DNA from: Tubulanus polymorphus
Lineage: Eukaryota; Animalia; Nemertea
Length of the DNA: 64,000 bases
Direction: 5' to 3'
Assembly: GCF_964204645.1 (NCBI RefSeq)
Contig: NC_134035.1
Coordinates: 5,084,001-5,148,000 of the forward strand
The position numbers were made by a program, and so were the translations under genes. Under the pieces are notes generated by a model, which saw only the letters and a program-made list of their open reading frames with translations, made no database searches and was not told the DNA's origin. Shown here piece by piece: positions 53,586-64,000 of the stretch (its first letter is position 1; every line of letters starts with the position of its first letter).

Positions 53586-53812
53586 ATGTAGAGAGAATCC
53601 CACATTAATAACGAAAAGTCCGAATATGTAACTGAAGCTAGTAGCTTATTCAACGCTTCGACTATATCCTAATAGTCATCTTCAGGAATAATTCTTGAAT
53701 AATGTAGTATTCCTGAAGATGACTATTAGGATATAGTCGAAACGTTGAATAAACTGCTAGCTTCAGTTACATTTTCGGATTTTTCGTTATTATTGTGGGA
53801 TTCTCTCTACAT
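53586..53812. mobile_element. 227-bp near-perfect palindrome, ~105-bp arms, carrying two opposed hammerhead-like motifs
   Basis: atgtagagagaatcccaca...tcatcttcaggaata | loop | tattcctgaagatga...tgtgggattctctctacat. Confidence 0.85.
53708..53751 (+). ncRNA. Minimal type I hammerhead ribozyme motif (Penelope-like-element type)
   Basis: TATTC-CTGAAGA-T-GACTAT-taggat-ATAGTC-GAAA-CG-TT-GAATA: stem I, CUGANGA, stem II, GAAA, palindromic AACGUU, UH site. Confidence 0.6.
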
Positions 53813-54850
53813 GACCTAGGCCTAATAGACTACACCCTCTAGTCAAATTTAACCCCATTGAGACTGATGAGCTGTTAAGTCTAGTCTATCCATTAGTGTT
53901 CTTTCAATTTGCCACGTTTGATCCGTCTTCTAAACAAAGCTGAAGTCTTTGTAAAACAAATATGTTGTCGTTTTTCGAAAGTAATTAGACACCTTATCGG
54001 AACTAATGGTTGATTTGGGTTCATCGAATGGACAACGGTAGACTGAACATCTATTCTTTACTATGAAGAACGTAAAGTCGACGTCACTGGAGTTAGAAAG
54101 AGTTACATCAAACGACTCAGAGATTGACGTCTGCTGACACGACAACGAGATCGCTCGTGCGAGAAGATTTCCTCGTCGCGGTGTTAACTAAAATACCGGT
54201 TTCATATTGACATCACTGACATTAAAGTCGTGATTGTCAGAGAGCTCTCTCTCTTTCTCTCTCTCTCGCGCGCTCTTGCTCTATAATATCCATCAGGTAG
54301 AGAATCAAAGTGATGCATAAACGTTAAAAAAAAGAATTGTTTTCGCGTTGTGTCACGTCGAGTTTGTTGTGGTTCATAGAGACTATTAGTGGTTAACATT
54401 TGTGCCATTTTTTTGTTTTGATTCGCTGGCTACAATTACAGAGTGAACAGACTCCAGCGTGATTCAAAAACTGTCCGTCTTGGCATGTTTCGAACCAGAT
54501 GACACCGTGTGACTGTGACAACTAGTAAACAGTGATTTGAACCTGATGGCTTTGTGAGAAACTGACAGTACAAACTCGCGTCCTGATAGACCTTCTTGCT
54601 CGCAGTAATTTGAACCCGGTGGCCGTGTGTCAACTCGGTAACAGGATGCTGCTCTTGTTCACCCATCCTCCCTCTCAGGGATTCGAACTTGATGGTATTG
54701 TGTTACCCTCTCACGTTACCTTTCTCTACTAGGCTGGGTCCACGATGGCAGGATTTGCTTATGTGGCTCAGTCCCGCAATTCCGCCGGGTTCAAATCCCC
54801 GCAAAAGAGAATGGGTCTATATACTATGGCATGCAGGGACACATTTTAAC

Positions 54851-54853
<3 letters not shown>

Positions 54854-54903
<50 letters not shown>
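54854..54903 (+). repeat. (TA)n microsatellite
   Basis: Directly visible. Confidence 0.95.
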
Positions 54904-54906
<3 letters not shown>

Positions 54907-56129
54907 TAATATTTCTTGATATATTCGCCATTCTGCAGAAATCTCGATACATCAAGTATTAAAAAAACTAGACATTGAGTTGCTTAGTTTTGAGGCAATT
55001 TCGAGTATCTGGTCTGATAGTGCAGTGGTTTATTTGTTTGTAATGATTAATCGCAACAGTTTGATGCTGATCGACTGTTATTGTGAAAAAATGGAATTAC
55101 GCGACAAAATATGAAAATCGTTTTCGTTTAAACGATGACAATTCATATATTTTTTTTCTGAAATCAACACTAACCGAAGCTGGTTTGATCCATTAGAAAT
55201 ATTTCCCTCGGGTGTCTGCGCCGGGGAAACATGTACTCTAAATTATAATTATGAAAGCAGATATATTAGAATTTTTAATGCAATCAGGCCCGAGTTAATT
55301 ATCTATTGAGGCAAATGTAAATTTTCATCGTAAAGTATCAAAAGTCCAGGGGCTGAAGGGAGGGGTACCAGGTTGAAATGTCTGTTTAAAAAAATGTGAT
55401 TCTTTTTAACCCGAGTACACTTACTCAAATGAAACAAAATAGCAAACTCCGGCCTCCCTCCAGCCTCGCTATAGCCTTACTGATGAATTTATTCAAGTTT
55501 AGCATTCGCAGAGATTAACAAATATAGATGACTCTGACGCCACCTATCCACTACAGACGGAATTACGCTCTTCATCGTTAATTGATTTATTTCCGTGTGT
55601 AGAGTGAATCTACCCTGAATTCATTCATTCAGAGACAAATAATAAAACATTTAGGGGATTTGTCAGTGGCCCTGTTGTTTATGTATGTATATTCGTGTTT
55701 ACCTGGTCGTGTTAGAATGTCTCTTATCGCAGGGTCTTAGATACAAGTGTTTGAACCTAAACGCACTTATACTGGTCTTAGATATATACGTAAGAACCCA
55801 CATGCACTTAGTCTGATCTTGGATTCACGTGTTAGAACCAAAATGCACTTAGACTGATCTTAGATATATGCATTAGAACCAAAATGCACTTAAACTGGCT
55901 TAAACCTCAATTCTTGTCCAAAAGAGTAGTAAATATTTATGGTTCGTATCCATTGATTAGTCATTAATGATATGCCCACTGACTACTAGCTCCTAACATT
56001 GAATATGTAATGTTGTTCTGTTGTCGGTGTCTCGGTCAAGTGTCAACGTTTACCATGAATGGTTAATTATTTTCATCAAGGGAGTGCCACTTCTACTGTG
56101 TATGTGTATTGATTACACGCTATCTTACT

Positions 56130-56675
56130 ATTCCTTACCTCTCACTTCCTCTTCCCACCCTCTCTCCAAATCTCCCTTACCTCATCATCCCTTCTATGTC
56201 TATTACTCCATTCTCTTTCATTTCCATTCTCTATCCACCCTCTCACAATCTCACGTACTTCCATCCCATCTATGTCTATTGCTCCATTTTCTTTCCTAGC
56301 TCTCAGCTCCTCTTTCCACCCACTCTCCCCAAATAACCCTTACCTCATCAACCCTTCTATGTCTATTACTCCATTCTCTTCCATTTCCTCCCTTTCCCTC
56401 TATCCGCCCTCTCTCCCAATCTCCAACCTCCATCCTGCTTATGTCCATTACCCCATTTTCTTCCCTACCTCTCACTTCCTCTTTGCACCATCTCTTTCCA
56501 AATCTCTCTCATCTTCACATCCCTTCTATATCTATTACCCCATTCTCTTCCATTTCCTCCCTCTATCCAACCTCTCCCAATGTCTTACTTTCATCCCTTC
56601 TATGCCTATTACTCAATTCTCTTCTTGTTCTCACTTTCTCTCCCTACCCCTTCCTTTTGCTTTCTCTCCCTATTG
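56130..56675 (+). repeat. Pyrimidine-rich low-complexity repeat (similar tracts at 12580-12870, 19570-20100, 45620-45830)
   Basis: C/T-dominated top strand, recurring ctatgtctattac motif. Confidence 0.8.
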
Positions 56676-57154
56676 CCCACTTGCTCGTTACCATGTTACG
56701 TATAGTCTGACGTTTAATTCCACTAATCCACGTCTAATAGATAACCTCGTAGCCGATGACGACGCAAATGGACAATTCTGAGCAGACGTTGTTCATTGTT
56801 ACAAATGCGTCTAATTCGAAAACGTTTTACTGCATCTTCGCGCAAATGCACACATAAATATAACATCGAGCAGCAGCAGCAGCGACCGGCGACTGCCGCT
56901 ACGATGGGATGACGTTAATTTGATTATCAGACTGATGAGTGCTGCCTCTCCGAGAGACTGTCATCTATCTATTGAAAAACTCGTCCGTCTGGTGCAATCT
57001 CTCGATGTTCTTAATCAAACTGTCCGATCGCGATTAATCATCATAAATAACGATACGACAATTGAAACATACAACGACCGCCGAAGTACGATTTTTGTCA
57101 TCATCTGCGCAATAGTTAGCGTCTGACTGAATCAATGTGCCTCGCACTGCACCA

Positions 57155-57492
57155 GTCACCATCAGCCCATACCAGTGCCTCAGTCTTCATCAGCCCATAT
57201 CAGTGACTCAGTCTTCATCAGCCCATATCAGTGCCTCAGTCTGCATCAGCCCATATCAGTGCCTCAGTCTGCATCAGCCCATATCGGTGCCTCAGTCTTC
57301 ATCAGCCCATATCGGTGCCTCAGTCTTCATCAGCCCATATCAGTGACTCGGTCTTCATCAGCCCATATCAGTGCATCAGTCTGTATCCTTAGGCATCAGC
57401 CCATACCAGTGCCTCGGTCTGCATCAGCCCATATCAGTGCCTCAGTCTGTATCCTTAGTAGTATGCCTCAGACTGCATCAGCCCACATCAGT
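57155..57492 (+). repeat. 28-bp minisatellite (CATCAGCCCATATCAGTGCCTCAGTCTT)
   Basis: Tandem units visible. Confidence 0.9.
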
Positions 57493-60400
57493 GTGTGTGG
57501 TGTCTTGTAGATAAATTAGCATTATCACAAACACATATATGAATCAATGACCTTGCAATAAGTAGATCTCAATCGGGTATGGAATGTTTCAGCAGCCTCA
57601 GCTGCGTACTGGCATTTCGTTGCATTGTTTAAGAATCAGTCTCCGAAACCAATCTTAGGGTACACAAGATTATTACCTCATAAAAAAGGCTTGTATACCA
57701 ACATTTGGTCCAAATATCCAAAGAGTGAAATTTTTGAATTTGACGTTTAGGATTTAATCTATCTCAATTATATCTATAGAACTCTATCTTACAGTTAAAC
57801 AGTATACGTTGATTCTCTGTGTCTCTATGCGAAGTGAAGCCAAAATTTCATTTAAAAATCACCATGAGAAATATATATCCTCGGTATCTGTATAGATTAT
57901 AGATTAAAATCTACTGTTGAGTGAAATTCTCAACTAAAAGCTGAAACTTGTAAATAATAGATATTTAAGTCATTGATAATGAAGTTAGCGTGCGCGTCTG
58001 CCAGCCCCGGTTGAGTTATACCCTCATGCGTTATCACGATACTGAATACATCTCATTAATACTTATACCATATTTGAGTCAGCTGGAAGTAAGAAAATGT
58101 ATCGAAAAATTATCGCGATAGTGATCGGGACCCATGATTTGACCCTGTCAAAACGATGATTGGATCATCGGTGGTGATTGTCGAGTTTGTTGGGTTCGCC
58201 GGCCTCTCAACCAGATGTTGAGAACCCTCGAACCATTTTGAGGGCTACTTACTGATGCTTCTTCTCGGTGACCGGGTAGAAATGCCATATCTGTTATGAC
58301 CTTTTGAATAAGTCGTCACTCTAGGGAGCTCGTGGTTGGGCGGTAAAGATGCGATGTTTTGATAGATGGCAATGCAGTGAATTCATTATTACGGAGACTG
58401 TATCGCTGTGTCGTTCAGCGCTGCTGTACTGCCGTCAGTCGACTAGACACCGGATTAGACCGTTCAAACTGATGATCAGTTCGTCTTATCCATGCGAAGC
58501 AGGGAAAAAAAACACCGACAAAACAATCACGCACGCCGTTACTGAAGGAACTGAACGCTCGATCGACCGATAGGAGATTCGAGCCTACGACTTTAAGAAT
58601 CGTCTCAAAATCTCGCTCGTCTCTTCGTTTTCGGCGATTCGCGCGCCCAAATTTCCGACCCACTCACGAATCGATCGGATCGCAGCTCACTGGAAACCGG
58701 GTTTTATAGATACCGATTCCGCTTTGTCGTCACTTGACCGCGAAATGGCGCGTGTAGAAGGTTCGTTTCTGGTTTGGAGATCGAATGTGTCGCCGATTAC
58801 TGCGTGTTCGCGTGCATAAAGGTGTGTCGAATTTATCTGTGCGCGTTTCGCAAAAACGAAAAACCGCAACGATATTGATAAAGCAATCTGGTGCATCAAC
58901 GGCAGCAGCAGCAGCAGAGTCATGCGACTATCCATCACTCGGCTCAACTACCCGTAGAAAATGCCGGGCGAATGATAATAATAATAATAATAATAATAAA
59001 AACGATGATAAAAATGACGATATGACAACGGTTGATGATACTGAATAATTTACACGCATCAGATATGTTCGTCGCTCGTCAGCACGTGGAGAGACATCGG
59101 TATCGCGTTATACAGTACGAGGGATAGATACTGGCAGATCAACCCGACGAAACGCGTGATTAATATCAGGAATTATCTCTACGGTTATATCACGGCGACG
59201 ATGACGATGATGATAAAATATTATCGGCTGGAAGTATTCGAACGTGCCTCGGAATCTGAAACGAATTAATTTTTCTCGCGTTTGCAAGAAACGCAAGAAG
59301 TTTCTATCGTCGTCGTACTTGTTTTCGCGTCTGGTCTTACGGGAAATTCCGGGAAATACCGACTCGACCAATCGAACGACGTCTTTTACGAGCGAAATCG
59401 TCCGTCGTCGCCGTAGCTAAGTAACGCGCGCGATCACGACGATGGCTGCGTTGTTGACAGTCGTCGCTACGGAGTTGAGATTTTAACGGATTAACGAGGG
59501 AACCGACGCCGACGATACGCGAGATCACGTGTGTATCCGGTATTTTAAACGACGATGCTGATATGTCTGTACTGTTTGGTTGGTTGGGAATCGTATTCGG
59601 GGGTAATAAGGTTAGTGAGGATGAGGTTAGTATAGATGAACCGCCAACCAGGTAGGCCCGATTCTTCTGTTTAACGCAAGAACGAGTAAACCAACCGTAC
59701 GCTTTCGTTTAGGCCGGCCCGCATTTCATGATGAAACGCACGAACATCAAATACGTTTTTCAGTCAGTCAATCGTTCGTTGTTCCCCGGATTTCGGCACT
59801 GTCCAGATTCTTACAGAACAACTGCTGGCCATTCTTCGAGCTATAGCAGTTGAGGAATTCATATTGTTATATCGAACTTAATGCTATAATTATAGACATT
59901 GAAATGCCACCGTAAGACTATACATGAAAAAGAAGGTTAAAGAATCGTTCGTTCACTCCCCCGAAACCAGAACCACACCCATTCATGACGCCTTCGATGA
60001 TATCTGTGAATGTTTTATTCTGTGATGCGGTAGAACCGGTTGTTTAATTGTTGCGTCGGCTTACATCGCGATCGCTCATTTGGGAAAACGAGGGGATTGG
60101 CGTGACGCTTAACTATCCCAGTTTCCAATGGCAACAGTACATTGTTAATATGTTCTTGTTGGCAAGTTAATCTGGTAAACATATTTACTTGTATATTCAT
60201 TGTTATGAATGTTTGCAGTTCATTTCGATTGGCAAACTTTTCATATATTTCTGAAAACCTGCGCTGTTAGGTCTGTACATTTGGAACTCTTTTTTTCTTC
60301 GCGATGACCATGAATTTGGCAACAAGTTGATATTATAAATAGTGATCATTCACAGTCCAAAATCAACAAAAGAAAAAGCAACGCTTAAATTTTCCAGGGG

Positions 60401-61569
60401 CAAATCCAGGGGTACTTGTGAAACTTATTTTTAAGTGCTCTTTTTCATTTTGTCAATGTGACAAGTTCTTCAAAACTGGCCCCTCAGTGCGGGAGTATGG
60501 AGGAGTACACCTAATATTGCCTTTGTGGACATTAGAGTGCACATTTGGGTTGTGATAAGTTCTTCAAAACTGGCCCCTCAGAGCAGGAGTATGGAGGAGT
60601 AGTGTACACCTTTTTGGATATCAAAGTGCACTTTTGGGATGCGACAAGTCCTTCAAAACTTGCCTGTGGATCTGCACCTGTTGTCTCTCTTCCTTTACAT
60701 CCTTAGTGTATAACAGTTGTATATCGCGGTATAATGATTTGACGAGGGAAAGAACAATCTCCCTCCCTTTGCTCTCTCTCAGCCCTGCTTAATTCATCGT
60801 TTGCATAATAAAACATATAAGCGTATGGTAGTGAACGGGTACAGAGATGTGGCAGCAGACCGGTCTCATGAGGCGAATTTAACCGCTGTGAAGTGTGCAG
60901 CTTGCTTGGCCGATGGTTAATATTATCCATGCCCGCCGTGCGAGTATATATATACATATATATATATGTATAATATATGTATATGTATTGCGATATTCCC
61001 ATACACGTCTATCCGAGGTCTGTTTCTAACTCAACCGCACGACGCACGGTCAAATCTGACACATCTCTCGTCCTTATCTCGTCACCGTCTTAATCGAATA
61101 TAGACATAAAACAACATCAGTTGGAAATTGTTAATATCTCGAGAGTCGAGTAATCTTGGCCTGTAGAGAGTATTATGACTCTTTAAGTCCCAGGGCTACC
61201 CTGAAGCCACCCCGGAGGCACCCTGGGTTGAGTTGTTGACAAAAAAGTATTGTTCATTATTCATGATCTGGGACTAGATGCACTGTAGGTCCTCTTCTAT
61301 GGGCAAGTCGCCTGGTCATCTTCCACCTTTTCTAGATTCAGTGGTAAAGTCTCTTATAAAGTAGCCTGAACTGTGAGGGTTTGTTATATAAACTGGAATA
61401 TAGCGATTCCCGTGTTTTATTAAGGGTAGAATATACGGTATGCTCACAGTACCAGGGGTAAGTGGTCTGTAAACAGATTTTATGAGTGTGCTGCCGTCGT
61501 CAGAGACCGAATGCGTTCACAGAGGATCGGTTATTAATGGCAAAGCGCAAGTTTACTTCGAAAAAAAAT

Positions 61570-62235
61570 GTCCACAGGTACCATCCGTATACGCAGGTAC
61601 TGTACATGTGTCCGCATGTACTGTACATGTGTTTACAAAGGTACCATAAGTATGTACATGTAGGCCCTGTATGTATGTACATGTGTCTGCAGGTACTTTA
61701 CATAGATGTTTTCACAGGTACCATATGTACATACATGTATCTGCAGGTACTGTACATATGTACATGTGTCTGTGGGTACTGTGCATATGTGTTTACACAG
61801 GTAGCATATGTATGTACATGTGTCTGTAGGTACTGTACATATGTGTTTACACAGATACCATAAGTACTTACATGTGTCTGAAGGCACTGTATATATGTTC
61901 ATGTGTCTGTAGGTATTGTACATATATGTTTTCACAGGTTCCATATGTACGTACATGTATCTGCAGGCACTGTATATATGTACGTGTGTCTGCAGGTACT
62001 CTGCATATGTACATTTATATGTATGCTGGTACTGTGTATATGTATGTGTTAACAGGTACCATATATTCGCTCATATGTTAACAAGTACCATATGTACGTA
62101 TATTTATTTGCAGGTACTGCATACATGTACATACATACATACATACGCAGCTACCGTATATGAGTATTTGTATCAACAGGTACCGTATATACATATATGT
62201 GTCTGCAGGTACTGTATATATGTAGGTGCAGGTGC
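61570..62235 (+). repeat. Degenerate tandem repeat (TGCAGGTACTGTACATATGTG)
   Basis: Recurring caggtac and tacat motifs. Confidence 0.85.
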
Positions 62236-62883
62236 TGTGTGTGCTGGTGCTTCAAATTTGCAGTAAAAATCGTACATTTCGGAAATATGACACCCGAGTC
62301 TCCATTAGTCATGAGTTGCATTTCGAGAGTCATTCGCGCAAATGTCGTCGTTTCCGAGAGCTATTTCAGCGTTTTTCGTTTAGTTGGTCAAAAGGTTTTT
62401 TTGTCGATGTAATAAAAGCACTCGACGTAGGTAGAATACCTGCGCCGTGGAGTGAGTTTAGATATCAACAAATCGAGCCCCTGTCGGTGTCAACGTCCTC
62501 CATTTTATTGTCACTATAAAATATATAATGCAATAATCTCACAATTTTTTAATTGCCGCCATTAGTCTGGAGAAGTGTGCTTCATTGGCTATGATGATGA
62601 GATTTAGATGCGAAATCCTGAAAACCTGTTAAGAAATAAACAAGAGATTTCATTCTAATTGGGATTCTTATTTTATCATCTGCAAACTAAGCGTCAGTCT
62701 ATCGGTGATAACGTATTTAACATCTTTACCAAATTGAGATTCATTAACTGAAATTTCAATGGTATATTTTATTACAGACATACCTGCCCAACATGTTTTC
62801 AACTATTTTTCATTTTCTTAAAGGGTTAGCGTGTATGATTATGTGGCCATGTTGATTAGTTTCTTCAATATTGTATCTTACAG

Positions 62884-62958
62884 GTACGAGAACGATTACG
62901 GGTAGCATTAGAACGGGTCGCACAACTCGAAGAGGAGCTTCAAAATGCAAACCAAGAG
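62884..62958 (+). CDS. PPFIA: Liprin-alpha coding exon 4 (VRERLRVALERVAQLEEELQNANQE); gene continues beyond window
   Basis: VRERLRVALER motif; ttacag acceptor, gtgagt donor, 75 nt. Confidence 0.96.
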
Positions 62959-63150
62959 GTGAGTAAACCAACAAATCAGTAATGTCCGATAAAAGATTCG
63001 AGCCCAGTTTAGTAGTTCGTTGTTGATATTTCACTGGTTAAAATAACTGAAGTGAACTACCTAATTGGGTAGCTGTGGAATTGGGTCTTCCGGAAAAAAT
63101 GGCCACAAAGATCATGTCAAAGAGGAGTAGAAAAATGACTAAACCATCAT

Positions 63151-63325
63151 ATGAAAAATCCCACACTCAGAAAAAACAAGGTTTCACTAAGTTAATGCTT
63201 TATTTTCGACATTCTGACTATACCCTAATAGTCATCTTACCGCAATACTAAGGTTACTGACTAAAAGGATATAGTGGATATTTGAAAGATTAAGCATTAA
63301 CTTGAGGAAACCTTTTATAACTCGG
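63151..63325. mobile_element. Highly diverged copy of the palindromic hammerhead-like element
   Basis: aatcccaca start, gactataccctaatagtcatctt core, inverted aggtttc..aagttaatgctt / aagcattaactt..gaaacct arms. Confidence 0.55.
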
Positions 63326-64000
63326 TATATTATCACTGCAATATGGACTGAGTGTTTCATCGATGGTTAACTGATAAACCATGTTTGAGATTATGCATGG
63401 ATCAGGTTCTCACCTATAAACAGATCAATTGTACTTCGCGTCTGAAATGAACAGTTGTTGAACGCGCGCAGTGGCGAATTAAGGTTGTCAAATGGCAGAG
63501 TTAGAAGCGCGGCGGGGTGAGAAGCGCGCGAGTCGGTTACGTTTGATAGATGAGTCCTGAGAGACGTCCTGCTTCGTTCAACGCACGCCGTCTGCTCCAT
63601 TCTATTACAATATTAAACAAAACGTCAGACGTTCAAAAATCATTATTTATTCTGTATAAATAATACGTCTGTCTTGTTTGTCATAGAGAGTCACGTTGAC
63701 TGATTGTAGCGCTAGAATTATCACATTCGAATAGAAAACCAACTGCTGGTATACGTTGAGGGGGTATAGAGTAATGAAGCATAACATTAATCAGGGTCGT
63801 TTTACACACACGTATCAACTTGAAACCGGTTGTTAACTCAATTGAAAATGAATTGAGTTAGCTAAAGATGATACCTGTCTATAAAACCGGTCCTTATAAA
63901 ACCGGTTGCATAATCAGGGTTAAGACCAGTCTAAGTTCTATAGCCAATTAAACATCTTACCAGTCTTTAGATTTAAGACCACTTTTGGACTTAAGTCATG

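Noticed and set aside
53864-53900. Isolated CTGATGA motifs (also near 49274, 55480, 56933) as further hammerheads
   Set aside because: No downstream stem II plus GAAA or closing stem I

Overview
Eukaryotic (invertebrate metazoan-like, CpG not globally depleted) genomic DNA with two divergent spliced genes. On the minus strand is a complete 15-exon SPPL2-type GxGD aspartyl intramembrane protease (CDS 5621->213, 579 aa). I checked all splice phases by hand; it has a signal peptide, PA domain, and YD, LGFGD and QPALLY motifs. On the plus strand is the 5' part of a liprin-alpha (PPFIA/syd-2) gene: four coding exons (7195-7434, 50164-50265, 52446-52610, 62884-62958) with a ~42.7 kb first coding intron. 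The introns are filled with minisatellites, MITEs, tRNA-derived SINEs, polypyrimidine tracts and CpG-rich islands. Nearly all ORFs in the supplied track are spurious. Most notable: (i) a dispersed family of palindromic elements carrying head-to-head minimal hammerhead-ribozyme motifs of the Penelope-like-element type, with one intact-looking core on the liprin sense strand at 53708-53751; (ii) candidate hidden liprin exons inside intron 1 (alternative first coding exon 22771-22920 and a 36-nt in-frame exon 26833-26868) that would give a new N-terminus; (iii) a tandem duplication of the liprin exon-3 acceptor whose upstream copy has lost its AG; (iv) possible decayed coding relics on the minus strand. 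No database searches were possible.
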